A stretch of 61,183 nt of DNA, counting the filler, from Candidatus Woesearchaeota archaeon (lineage in GTDB: Archaea > Nanobdellota > Nanobdellia > Woesearchaeales > DATGWN01): assembly GCA_047603125.1 (NCBI GenBank). It is 8 parts of 8 records of this genome, joined end to end, with 100 filler letters (N's around TTAATTAATTAA, not from the genome) between each part and the next. Parts side by side here need not be neighbours in the genome. Positions count along the whole stretch, not along the records: positions 17,290 to 25,373 come from JBLKOU010000049.1; positions 25,474 to 33,114 come from JBLKOU010000050.1; 6 more parts are not named here. One strand, given 5' to 3'. Made by a program: the position numbers and the translations under genes. This document shows, one piece after another, positions 19,229-29,036 of the stretch. The notes under the pieces are model-generated. The model was not told where the DNA came from. It ran no database searches and saw only the letters and a list, made by a program, of their open reading frames with translations. Position 1 is the stretch's first letter, and each line of letters begins with the position of its first letter.

Positions 19229-20245
19229 ATGACGCAAAGAAAAACCCTTGAGAAAATACTCAAGCACGCAAATATTGTTCGCCAAAGCGGATTTACTTTT
19301 GAAAAGCCTGCAAAAGTTTTTGGCCCACTTCTCATGGTTGACCAAGAATTAAAAGAACAATATCGTGAAACCCTTCCGTGCATACCTGTTGTCAACGAAT
19401 CTTTTTTCACTCATCTTGCCCAACTGTACCGTCAAACAGTTCCGCGTGATTCAAGCGAAATAAAAGATGCCTTCGTTTGGATTCGAGATGCACTTTCCCA
19501 CGCAGGATTTTCACTCAAAGAAACAGACCCTTCCTATATACGCGATGAAAAAAATCCCACACATGTACAACCAATAACACTGACAAGCATGAGAAACATT
19601 CTTTTACAATATCATGCAACTATGCCAGGAGCATTTTTTGAACAACTGCAAAATCATTTTCAAGAAGACGATATACCCTTTCAACCGGCACAAGATGACA
19701 TCTATATATTTCCAAAAGACGCAGAACATGCAGAATTTCTTGTTCGAAATCACATCCAACCCGCAAGACATTCTTGGGTAAAACTGCGCGAGACAATTGA
19801 GTCAAAAGGCTACTCGCAAAAACGATATGAGCCCGCGCTGCCAAAGCTTATTGGAAAAAACATTCAAGATTTACAGAGAAGAAAAAACGGCTGGTATGTC
19901 CGTGTGAGTGCAATTCCTTCAATACTTGCCGATGTACAAGAACTTACTACACCTGTTAAACGACCCGCCTCAGTTCAAATTTTTTCAGGTAATACAACAC
20001 ATACAAAACCACTTCACCTTGATGTACGAGGTATAGAATACACTGTTCCTCCATACATTATCGAACAATTTGGAAGATCACCACACAAGGAGGCTGTTCA
20101 TGACATAATCGGAGGAAAAACACCAACAAGCTTTTGGCGAAGAGCAATCCTGCATTCACTAGAAGAACAAAGACCCGTTATGCGAATTACACTTGATCCG
20201 AGAAGAAATCAAGTTCTTGATTATTCTATCACACCGAAATATTAA
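19229..20245 (+). CDS. Hypothetical protein
   Basis: Long ORF, no recognised motif. Confidence 0.6.
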   Translation: MTQRKTLEKILKHANIVRQSGFTFEKPAKVFGPLLMVDQELKEQYRETLPCIPVVNESFFTHLAQLYRQTVPRDSSEIKDAFVWIRDALSHAGFSLKETDPSYIRDEKNPTHVQPITLTSMRNILLQYHATMPGAFFEQLQNHFQEDDIPFQPAQDDIYIFPKDAEHAEFLVRNHIQPARHSWVKLRETIESKGYSQKRYEPALPKLIGKNIQDLQRRKNGWYVRVSAIPSILADVQELTTPVKRPASVQIFSGNTTHTKPLHLDVRGIEYTVPPYIIEQFGRSPHKEAVHDIIGGKTPTSFWRRAILHSLEEQRPVMRITLDPRRNQVLDYSITPKY

Positions 20246-20328
20246 CGGTTCTCATATAACTTCAAACGCTTTTGTCATTATCTGCGCATTTATATATAAG
20301 TATCCCTATAAGGAGAGTAGGTGATAAA

Positions 20329-21117
20329 ATGAATTTACTCAAAACACTCATAATAATTGCACTCGCTCTTATAGTAGCAGGGTGCGCACAAGATGAACCC
20401 ATCCAAGCTTGTACTGCTGAATGGAGACCGGTCTGTGGCGTAGACGGACAAACGTATGGCAATGCATGTCATGCACAAGTAGCAGACGTTGAAATTGCTT
20501 TTGAAGGAGAATGTGAAGAGCAGCCACAAGAAATTGTAGATGCTTACGAGAACATTGTCCCATCAGACTGTACAACATGGTTTGACGGCTGTAACAATTG
20601 TCAAGTCGGCGAAGATGGGCAACTTGCCTGTACACGCATGTATTGTGACGAACTTCAAGAACCTCAATGCCTCGCATACGATGGGGAAGACCAGTTCACG
20701 GATGCTTATGGAAATGTCATCCCACCAAACTGTACGGCATGGTTTGATGGTTGTAACAATTGTCAAGTCGGTGAAGACGGATTACTTGCCTGTACACTTA
20801 TGTACTGTGAAGTGCTCCAAGAGCCACAATGTCTGTCATATGAGTCTGAACAAACAAACAATTGGTATACTCACCAAAACAGTACACTTGCCTATAATTT
20901 TACGATTGATGCTCCAACTCCGTGCCATTTTGTAACTGTCGATGAAATAGTGATGGAATCATACCCTGAGCAAATCAGAATTAATGTGGAGCTTGAATCA
21001 AGTGCAGACATGTGTGCACAAGTAATCACTCCTCGTGAAGTGAGTGGACAAATTGAAGGTGTGAGCCAACAAGCAACAGTTCAAGTATATGTACAAGGTG
21101 AACCATACACACCTTGA
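20329..21117 (+). CDS. Lipoprotein with Kazal domain, two pacifastin-like domains and a PrcB-C-like domain
   Basis: Lipobox VAGC; CTAEWRPVCGVDGQTYGNAC; 2x CxxWFDGCNNCxV...ACT(R/L)MYC; CAQVITP. Confidence 0.8.
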   Translation: MNLLKTLIIIALALIVAGCAQDEPIQACTAEWRPVCGVDGQTYGNACHAQVADVEIAFEGECEEQPQEIVDAYENIVPSDCTTWFDGCNNCQVGEDGQLACTRMYCDELQEPQCLAYDGEDQFTDAYGNVIPPNCTAWFDGCNNCQVGEDGLLACTLMYCEVLQEPQCLSYESEQTNNWYTHQNSTLAYNFTIDAPTPCHFVTVDEIVMESYPEQIRINVELESSADMCAQVITPREVSGQIEGVSQQATVQVYVQGEPYTP

Positions 21118-21178
21118 TTTTTTTCTTTTTGTTGATTTAAGATAAACATTTTTAAAGAGAGAACGCTACTATTCTCTC

Positions 21179-21589
21179 ATGAGTCTTATTATACAACGCA
21201 TAACCATTGTACGAACAAAACGTCCCGATTTTCACACAATTAATGATCAACTTCAATGGCTTGCGGGATCGTTAGGTATGTTTAACCTACGTGATAAAGA
21301 TAAATCACAGTTTCGTCTTTTCATTGAACTCGTTAAGCTCTCCAAAAGTCAAGATGTTATCTCAAGTGATGAACTTGCGCTTCGTTGTGGTCTTTCACGA
21401 GGAACTGTTGTTCATCATCTCAATAAACTCCTTGAGTCTGGTCTGATTATTTCTAACAAAAATCGCTACGAACTGCGTGTTAACACTCTCTATGCACTCA
21501 TCGAAGAAATCGAAAAAGATTACTTAAAGGTGTTTAAAGAAATGAAACATGTCGCAAAAGATTTAGATGATCGCTTAGGCCTCCACTAA
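21179..21589 (+). CDS. Winged-HTH transcription regulator
   Basis: SSDELALRCGLSRGTVVHHLNKLLESGLI. Confidence 0.8.
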   Translation: MSLIIQRITIVRTKRPDFHTINDQLQWLAGSLGMFNLRDKDKSQFRLFIELVKLSKSQDVISSDELALRCGLSRGTVVHHLNKLLESGLIISNKNRYELRVNTLYALIEEIEKDYLKVFKEMKHVAKDLDDRLGLH

Positions 21590-21649
21590 TATATTCTCAT
21601 TGTCCAATAGTGGCGAATGCTTATAAACTCAAATGAACAATATACAACC

Positions 21650-22897
21650 ATGTTACCTGACAGAATCCTTTCAGATTGCATTGACACGCTTTTTCGAACA
21701 AAAGTTTCCCTCTCACAAGGAGACCTATCAGCACTCAAATCACTTTCAAATCGAACCATTCACAACGCCTCTGTTTTTCAAGATAAAAAATCCGTTCAGC
21801 TTGCCGTTATTATCTATGCACTCTCAAAAATTCTCACATCACGACCACACTTAAAAGAACAATTCATTCACATGATTGATCATGCGCATACCTTATTATT
21901 AAGCTCGCAAGAAAATGCATATGAGCAGCTCATTGAAGAGATGGCAACAACTATTGAAACATTTGATCCAAACATTAAGCTCTATGTGGAACAAGTACTT
22001 GAGCAAGCAAAAATAAAAAAGGGTTCACGCATCTATTATCACGGTATTTCTTTGGGTCAAACGGCAAAGACTGTTGGGGTATCCCAATGGGAATTATATG
22101 ACTATATAGGAAAAGCACACTTAGATGAAAAAATAGCACATAAAGAAAATATTACACAATTACGAAAGCGACTCGCATACACAAGAAAAGTTCTCAAGCA
22201 AAAAAAACCTATCGCCTTTGTCTGTGATACTGGACCAATTATCTCGCTTGCACTTAATAATTTACTTGGCGTACTAGAAGAACTCAAAAAACGAGGACAT
22301 ATTGATTTTTTGTTACCAAAAGCAGTAAATGAAGAACTCATAGAACGACCTCTTCGCTCAAAAAAATACAAACTCGAAGCAATGCAAATTACTGAGCTCT
22401 TACGCAATGGCACATTTGTGATGATTGAAAAACAATATCTCACACTTAAAACAAAAGAATTACTTGCACTCATTAATAGTACATTTTTTGCCTTTAATAA
22501 AAGCATTACATTAGTACAAGAAGGAGAAATGCAAGCAATCGCACTTGCCAAATTAACTGGCTCTCCCCTACTTGTTGATGAACGGACAACACGATACTTA
22601 ATTGAGAATCCCACACGTGTCATTCGACGATTTGAGGCAAAGCTTCATACTCGTGTTCATGTTGATACAAAAAAATTAGCAAAAATAAAACAAGAACTCA
22701 AAGGTCTACACACAATTCGCTCTGCTGAACTTCTTGCTGCGCTCTTTTTAGACGGAATGTTTGATGAGAAAATCTCCCACCTTCCAATGGAGAATGCAAA
22801 AAAAGAATACTTGGACGCACTCTTGTGGGCAGTGAAATTAAGCGGTTGTGGAATAACCGATAATGAGATTCGCATCATGGTTGACCGACTTGCGTGA
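21650..22897 (+). CDS. Helical/HTH + PIN-like domain fusion protein
   Basis: VCDTGPII, VNEELI, GEMQAIALA, LVDERTTR. Confidence 0.65.
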   Translation: MLPDRILSDCIDTLFRTKVSLSQGDLSALKSLSNRTIHNASVFQDKKSVQLAVIIYALSKILTSRPHLKEQFIHMIDHAHTLLLSSQENAYEQLIEEMATTIETFDPNIKLYVEQVLEQAKIKKGSRIYYHGISLGQTAKTVGVSQWELYDYIGKAHLDEKIAHKENITQLRKRLAYTRKVLKQKKPIAFVCDTGPIISLALNNLLGVLEELKKRGHIDFLLPKAVNEELIERPLRSKKYKLEAMQITELLRNGTFVMIEKQYLTLKTKELLALINSTFFAFNKSITLVQEGEMQAIALAKLTGSPLLVDERTTRYLIENPTRVIRRFEAKLHTRVHVDTKKLAKIKQELKGLHTIRSAELLAALFLDGMFDEKISHLPMENAKKEYLDALLWAVKLSGCGITDNEIRIMVDRLA

Positions 22898-22948
22898 TTC
22901 TAGAAAAACTTCAAAACATTTATATTAAAATCAAAGTATTCTAGGTAC

Positions 22949-23575
22949 ATGTTTGGAATATCTGTTTTTGGCGATAGTATAACATTTGGCCGGGGTGACA
23001 ATTCTAATCGAGGTTGGTGTGGCAGACTACAAACATATTTTGAATCAAAAAACTACTACAATTGTCTATATAACTTAGGAATTTGTGGCAATACAACGCA
23101 GGATTTGTTACAGCGATTTGATACAGAAGCAAAAGCAAGAGTTACCTTTATTCGAGACCAAGACAGACAAGTAATACTCTTTTCTATTGGAATTAATGAT
23201 TCAAGATTAGTAGGTGAACAAAAAATTCCTGAAACCAAGATATCGGATTTTGAAAAAAATATTCAAGTGCTAATAGATAAGGCAAAAGATTATACCAAAG
23301 AAATTTTGTTTATCGGCTTAACACCTGTTGACGAATCTATCACAGCAAACTATGAAGAAACCACCTTTACTAATCAACGAATAAAGCTATTTAATGAAAA
23401 ATTAAAAGAACTCTGTCAGAAAAATAACATTCCTTTCTTTGATATGTTCCATAAATTTTCTCTTTTAAACTACCAGAAATTATTAGATGACGGACTGCAT
23501 CCAAACTCACAGGGATATGAGCAAATGTATCAATTGATTAAAGAATTCCTAATTGACAATAAAATAATTAACTAA
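22949..23575 (+). CDS. SGNH/GDSL hydrolase
   Basis: FGDSIT, NLGICG, IGINDS, DGLHP. Confidence 0.9.
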   Translation: MFGISVFGDSITFGRGDNSNRGWCGRLQTYFESKNYYNCLYNLGICGNTTQDLLQRFDTEAKARVTFIRDQDRQVILFSIGINDSRLVGEQKIPETKISDFEKNIQVLIDKAKDYTKEILFIGLTPVDESITANYEETTFTNQRIKLFNEKLKELCQKNNIPFFDMFHKFSLLNYQKLLDDGLHPNSQGYEQMYQLIKEFLIDNKIIN

Positions 23576-23606
23576 CATTTATAAATCTCCAAAAAAACCT
23601 CCACCC

Positions 23607-24428
23607 ATGCTCACAAACATTCTCAAAGGCATGGCAATGGGTATTGCTGATCTTATACCCGGTGTTTCTGGTGCAACCATTGCAGTTATTTTGCGCATCT
23701 ATCAACGATTCATTCTTGCTCTCTCAAACATTAATGTCAACTGGATAATTTGTTTATACAAAGGAAACAAAAACAAAGCCTTCATACATATACTGCGCAT
23801 GGACCCACTCTTTCTTGTAAGTGTCGGACTTGGAATTGGAATCTCACTCTTATTTTTTAGTCGAGTTGTTTTTTATTTTCGAAGTACACATCCAGAACTC
23901 ACCCTCGCGTTTTTTTTTGGACTTATCGCAACAAGTGCATTTTTTTTACTCAAAAAAATCACTTTTCAAATACTCCCCTTTAGTATTGGTGCTCTAGGAG
24001 GGATGAGCTTTTTACTCATCAGCTCAATCACCCTTGCAAAAACACCCCTTTTACTCTTTCTCTCAGGATTTTTAGCGATTTGTGCAATGCTTTTACCCGG
24101 CATTTCTGGTTCCTATGTTCTTGAGCTCATCGGTATGTACGAATATATTCTCTCATTAGTGTCACAGCTCACACAAAATCCACTTTTGAGTGTGCCCCTT
24201 ATCTTTTTTGCTCTGGGGATGCTTCCTGGAATACTTTTAATGGCACACCTTGGTTCATTTTTACTCAAACACTATAAACAAAGAACCTACCTTGTTCTCA
24301 TTGGTCTTATTTTTGGAAGCCTCCTCCCTTTAGGCGCACGAATTGGAGAATTCTCACCGTCTATTTTAGCCAGCGTGAGTGCAGGGTTTTTGGTTGCGAT
24401 GCTGTTGCATTGGGCTGTGCTATCGTAA
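23607..24428 (+). CDS. DUF368 membrane protein
   Basis: KGMAMGIADLIPGVSGATIA and AMLLPGISGS. Confidence 0.9.
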   Translation: MLTNILKGMAMGIADLIPGVSGATIAVILRIYQRFILALSNINVNWIICLYKGNKNKAFIHILRMDPLFLVSVGLGIGISLLFFSRVVFYFRSTHPELTLAFFFGLIATSAFFLLKKITFQILPFSIGALGGMSFLLISSITLAKTPLLLFLSGFLAICAMLLPGISGSYVLELIGMYEYILSLVSQLTQNPLLSVPLIFFALGMLPGILLMAHLGSFLLKHYKQRTYLVLIGLIFGSLLPLGARIGEFSPSILASVSAGFLVAMLLHWAVLS

Positions 24429-24486
24429 ATTTTCAAACGATATATTTATAAAGACTTGTCTTCTCCAGCAAAATTGAGGTATAGTT

Positions 24487-24882
24487 ATGGCCGGTGAAAC
24501 AAAAATGGCAAGCATTTCAAGCTTGCAAAAAGGAAATTACATTGTCATCGATGGCGCTGCTTGTAGAGTAGTAGATACGAAAACATCACGACCTGGAAAA
24601 CATGGTCACGCCAAAGTAAATATGATGGCAGTCGGTTTAATCGACGGAAAAAAACGAAATTTTGTCGCACCTGGTCACGATGAAGTTGAAGTTCCTATTG
24701 TTGGAAAAAAATCAGCACAAGTACTCTCAGTCAACGCAAATTTTGCAAATGTCATGGATATGGAAAGCTATGAAACATTTGATTTAGAAATTCCTGAAGA
24801 ACTAGAAGAACAGGTCCAAGAAGGAAAAGAAATCCTTTATTGGGAAATACTCGATGATCGAGTAATGAAACAAGTAAAATAA
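24487..24882 (+). CDS. eif5a: Translation factor aIF5A
   Basis: SRPGKHGHAK hypusine motif. Confidence 0.95.
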   Translation: MAGETKMASISSLQKGNYIVIDGAACRVVDTKTSRPGKHGHAKVNMMAVGLIDGKKRNFVAPGHDEVEVPIVGKKSAQVLSVNANFANVMDMESYETFDLEIPEELEEQVQEGKEILYWEILDDRVMKQVK

Positions 24883-24883
24883 A

Positions 24884-25045
24884 ATGGCAACATTCCAAGA
24901 AGCACACGCACGATTATTTAAAAATAAATTCGTCTGCCGAGTTTGTAAATCGGTTACAAAGGCTCCGCCACTCGCGGTATTAAAAGGCGAAATTTCTTGT
25001 CGAAATTGTGGCTCAAAAGCTCTACGACCTTATAGAAAAAAATAA
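24884..25045 (+). CDS. rpl40e: 50S ribosomal protein L40e (absent from ORF track)
   Basis: MATFQEAHARLFKNKFVCRVC...CRNCGSKALRPYRKK, 53 aa. Confidence 0.88.
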   Translation: MATFQEAHARLFKNKFVCRVCKSVTKAPPLAVLKGEISCRNCGSKALRPYRKK

Positions 25046-25095
25046 TTTTTATTTTTCTTTATACTTTTTCTTAATTTTCAAACGAAGCTCTAGTT

Positions 25096-25202
25096 AGTTT
25101 GCAGTAGAAGTAAATTATCATGCGGCGATTATTGAGCAATGATTCATCTTGCGAAATTCTGACAGGACGCCAAGATATTACAATTTGTTATTATTGTCAA
25201 CC
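25096..25202 (+). mobile_element. MITE-like type C copy 2 (internally deleted)
   Basis: Homologous to 8549-8765 (-); GGCGATT...ATCTTGCGAAATTCTGA...CGCCAAG. Confidence 0.55.
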
Positions 25203-25210
25203 CATTTTTC

Positions 25211-25364
25211 GGCTTCATTCCATAATTGTTTTTCAAAGAAGAGCACGCAGATTTGACTCAAGAGTCCCGCTTTGAGAAGTATGCGAAAATTTAGTTGCAG
25301 ACAATCACCAAATTTTCTGACTTTGCTGCAAGGTGCTCTATTTTCTTATTTTTTGGATAGAGCC
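25211..25364 (+). mobile_element. MITE type B copy 2 with 9-bp target-site duplication
   Basis: Flanked by CCATTTTTC at 25202-25210 and 25365-25373. Confidence 0.78.
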
Positions 25365-25650
25365 CCATTTTTCNNNNNNNNNNNNNNNNNNNNNNNNNNN
25401 NNNNNNNNNNNNNNNNNTTAATTAATTAANNNNNNNNNNNNNNNNNNNNNNNNNNNNNNNNNNNNNNNNNNNNAGCACCACCATAATTTGTATTGGTAAT
25501 TCCATGCTTTCAAAACAATTTTACACCTATATAAATGTTCCCAAAAGTAGCAAACCAAATTGCCCCGTTCCCACAGACCAACCACGCCCTAACAAAATTA
25601 CTCTAAAATAGTAACGCATCTTTATATACCGCTGTTACTCCTACATCAGA

Positions 25651-26235
25651 ATGGGGCTTTTTGACGAAAAGAAAAAAGAGAATCAAATACAAGATGCCAT
25701 TAAAGTTCTCTCATCCAATGTCGAAATTATTAATCAAAGACTCTCCAATACACAGGGATTCAATACGGAAGAATTCCACTCTGCTGTCGAGTCACAAGTC
25801 ACCACTATTAACGAAAAAGTGGAAGATCTCACAAATTCACTCAGTCAATTTGACTCCGAGGTACGTAATATCATTGTTCAAGACAAAGATGAAATAGTTA
25901 AGCAAATCAGCGATTTTAGTGAAAACGCACAGAGTATTGTGGATCAAACCCAACAAACACTCTCCCAAGTCGTCAATGAAGTCTCAGGTATGAGAAAAAA
26001 TATTCAAGGTGAATTTGTCATCATGCGACAAATTTTTACAGGGTTAGTGCACTTTAACAAAAACTTAGTTTCTTATCTGCAAAACCCAAATCAACAAATT
26101 CCTAGTTTTGAACAATTAGATATGCAAGCCGCTCAAAGTATGGGAAAATCACTAGAAAACCCCGCGAGTTCTACAAAACAAGAAGAACCGTCAGTCAGCG
26201 AGCAACTCTCACAAATGTCCAAACAAAATTCTTAA
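25651..26235 (+). CDS. Coiled-coil protein (paralogue of 30888..31358)
   Basis: Heptad pattern; aligned TQG..E.F / EK.E.L / FNK motifs. Confidence 0.7.
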   Translation: MGLFDEKKKENQIQDAIKVLSSNVEIINQRLSNTQGFNTEEFHSAVESQVTTINEKVEDLTNSLSQFDSEVRNIIVQDKDEIVKQISDFSENAQSIVDQTQQTLSQVVNEVSGMRKNIQGEFVIMRQIFTGLVHFNKNLVSYLQNPNQQIPSFEQLDMQAAQSMGKSLENPASSTKQEEPSVSEQLSQMSKQNS

Positions 26236-26645
26236 TTACCAACAACCCGAAGTTTGTCAGAATCCGTGCGACAAGAAATTTGAACAACACTTTGATTGAA
26301 AATACCACCAGTCGCATTTACATTTTGTAATCGCCCACACCCATACCTATTATCCTGTAAAATTGAACACAACTGCACACGCTTCACTATCTCAAAAAAC
26401 GATTCTTGACCAAGGATATCCCTTCCGTCATATGTAAACAACGCTGTTTTATTCTGTGAACCAAAGCCACATTCAGACCACACCTTTGCCGCTTCTCTGA
26501 CAAGCCCACGCTCATCAACTTGCAAAGGAGTTTGTTCTCTTGGTAAAAATAAACCAGTCATATTTAGCCCTCCAATAACACCTAAAAGAATTCCTGCAAC
26601 AATTAAAGAAATAATAAGATACACAAAAATCTCAAAAACATTCAT
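26232..26645 (-). CDS. Pilin-like protein
   Basis: N-terminal hydrophobic helix with E5; in type IV pilus operon; Cys pairs. Confidence 0.6.
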   Translation of the reverse strand: MNVFEIFVYLIISLIVAGILLGVIGGLNMTGLFLPREQTPLQVDERGLVREAAKVWSECGFGSQNKTALFTYDGRDILGQESFFEIVKRVQLCSILQDNRYGCGRLQNVNATGGIFNQSVVQISCRTDSDKLRVVGN

Positions 26646-27082
26646 TCAAGCACCACCGCAAATCTTCTGTCAGGCGTAAAATTAAATGTTACCTGTGCAA
26701 GAGTTGGTAATTGATATGGAGAGTCGAACCCCACATTCGTTGCCGAGCCACAAGAATGCTCCTGATTCTCAAACGTTCGACAAAGCGATAGAGAACGAAC
26801 TTGAGAAAAAAACGCAGTCTCATTAAATTCACCGCTCCCCTGTAGTGCGAAAATAACAGTCGTATGATTTTCACCCAACTGTTTTTGTTCCTGATACGAT
26901 TTAAACAACTCCGCGACAAATGTCTCATTAGTCGCAACAAAGTCTGCCTGCTGTTGACCCCCGAGTAGCGAGCTCACCGTTTGTTGCATTTGTAAAAAAT
27001 CAAATGAATGTAACGTCATAAAAATAAGCGTTGCTAAAACAAGCGACATTATCAACATAACCATCCAGCCTATAATATTCAT
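26642..27082 (-). CDS. Pilin-like protein
   Basis: N-terminal helix MNIIGWMVML; FF..V....LC...CG shared with neighbour. Confidence 0.6.
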   Translation of the reverse strand: MNIIGWMVMLIMSLVLATLIFMTLHSFDFLQMQQTVSSLLGGQQQADFVATNETFVAELFKSYQEQKQLGENHTTVIFALQGSGEFNETAFFSQVRSLSLCRTFENQEHSCGSATNVGFDSPYQLPTLAQVTFNFTPDRRFAVVLE

Positions 27083-27177
27083 GGTACCACCAAATTTGAG
27101 CGTACAAGCTCTAAAAACATATACCCTATCAAAATTGCAAAAATTATGGAAATCATCATCCAAATGAGTTTGTTCAT
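27079..27177 (-). CDS. 32-aa single-TM microprotein
   Basis: MNKLIWMMISIIFAILIGYMFLELVRSNLVVP; ATGA overlaps with both neighbours. Confidence 0.6.
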   Translation of the reverse strand: MNKLIWMMISIIFAILIGYMFLELVRSNLVVP

Positions 27178-29036
27178 GTTAATATCACACCAAATATATA
27201 TACACCCATTATGAGATGACCCACTAATAAAATTATCGAAAATAGAACAAAGCCCGTCATATTTCCTGCAAGTGCCTTTGCAAAGCTAAATTTATCATTT
27301 CCCACATCAATTTTTGTTGAAAAAAATGTTAAAACAAGAAACATTTGTATAAAATAAAAGCCAATAATCGTTTGTAAAACCGTTGGAGGAATAACTGCAG
27401 TAATATCAACAAGAGATAAATTCGCACTACCCCCTAAATCTGCTTGAATTTGATTTAATACATCCGTTATATATGTTAAAGATTGAACAATGATAAGCGA
27501 CATAATTATGGCAATTCCCGATAGTAATGGAAGCAACATATTAATTGAAATATTTATCAGACTAATGGTTTCAGAAAGTAATGTTCGCATATAATCATCT
27601 AATTTATAGATGTGAACAATTTGTTGGCGAATGAGTTTTGTCGATTTAACCGCACTATCTTGTGAAATTGTGGTAAATCCGACTATCTGATTAAATACAT
27701 TAGAAAACTTCTTACTCGGACATGTTTTTCGTAAAACCGTATTGACCATCGCAACTAATGAACGCTTAGAAGAATGCATCCCGCGAGAAATGACCGTGAA
27801 AACACGCACAACGGGGTGAGTCTTAAAACCTTGTCCTTTATAGTCATCAACCACGTCAGGAATAATCTTTTCAATTGAAAGATTCAGCGATAATAATGTT
27901 GAAAAAGTTTGCAGCAAATGTGGCATATCGTCCTCAAGCTCTTTTACATCCTCCCACAATTTTTTATGCTTATGTACATATATTTTACTGATAACAAAAA
28001 TACTCAGCATTATCCCAACAGAGATAAGCCATATCCAAACAACTGACAAAAATTCATACTCTCTTTCTGCGCCACCAAGCGTGGAAGTATCGATTGTTGA
28101 CAAATGCAAAATTCCCGGAATCGCAAAAAGAATGACAACACCAAACCCTACAATATACCATAAATACGGAATAGGTTCATAACTTTCAGCATCTTCTAGT
28201 TGTATTGTGTTTACTTGAATTCGTTGATTTGCAAAATTCAATGCTGCCAGAAAAATAAATGTTGGTATGAGAATATTATAAAAGAACACTAACGCTTGAA
28301 CACTAATGAGCTGAGGTAAAAAGACAGAAACAAGAGGAAGAATCATAAGTGAAGTGACTGGAAGCAGGACACCAAATGTGATTAATCCTTTCGAACGCTC
28401 ACTAAGATTTTCAGCGTCCCGTTTTCCTTTAATACTAAATTCTAACATCAGCGTCTCAGTTATTTCTTTAATCATTGCCTCGCGAGACTCAGGCTCCGCC
28501 ATAGCAGCATTTTGCAATAAACGAACCGATTTTACAAAAACAGAATTTACATCATTCCACTTTTCCACATACGCCATGATTGCATCCCCAAGTGTTGTTT
28601 TTACTCGCCGATGCAAAGAGCTTCCTATCTCCAAAAACTCTTGTTGCAAAACACCACGAAGTTGGGGTGCAGTTTTATTTATGGCATACTCCATACTTGT
28701 CCCCATACTGATAAAATTTGAAATACTCATGACTGCTCGCAACATTTGCTCATTATATTCAACCATTTTTTCCGTATACAAAATATACGTTGGATAAATG
28801 TAAATAATAATAGAAATTATCAGACCAAAAAAGAAAATCAAGCTGGTAATAAATGTTGAAATAATAGAAAAAAAGAGTGAAACAAGGATAATACCAAAAA
28901 AAACTAATAACGCACTACTTGTTACAGCTTGCGCACTATATTTGTAACGGATATACTCAATTCGTTTTTTACTATCTTCTGTAGCAAAACCAAACGAATA
29001 TGTTTCACCCAAGACATATATTTTTTCAAGAATCAT
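27174..29036 (-). CDS. Type IV pilus membrane platform protein (TadB/TadC/FlaJ-like)
   Basis: Two T2SSF-like cytoplasmic domains with TM bundles; downstream of ATPase. Confidence 0.8.
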   Translation of the reverse strand: MILEKIYVLGETYSFGFATEDSKKRIEYIRYKYSAQAVTSSALLVFFGIILVSLFFSIISTFITSLIFFFGLIISIIIYIYPTYILYTEKMVEYNEQMLRAVMSISNFISMGTSMEYAINKTAPQLRGVLQQEFLEIGSSLHRRVKTTLGDAIMAYVEKWNDVNSVFVKSVRLLQNAAMAEPESREAMIKEITETLMLEFSIKGKRDAENLSERSKGLITFGVLLPVTSLMILPLVSVFLPQLISVQALVFFYNILIPTFIFLAALNFANQRIQVNTIQLEDAESYEPIPYLWYIVGFGVVILFAIPGILHLSTIDTSTLGGAEREYEFLSVVWIWLISVGIMLSIFVISKIYVHKHKKLWEDVKELEDDMPHLLQTFSTLLSLNLSIEKIIPDVVDDYKGQGFKTHPVVRVFTVISRGMHSSKRSLVAMVNTVLRKTCPSKKFSNVFNQIVGFTTISQDSAVKSTKLIRQQIVHIYKLDDYMRTLLSETISLINISINMLLPLLSGIAIIMSLIIVQSLTYITDVLNQIQADLGGSANLSLVDITAVIPPTVLQTIIGFYFIQMFLVLTFFSTKIDVGNDKFSFAKALAGNMTGFVLFSIILLVGHLIMGVYIFGVILT

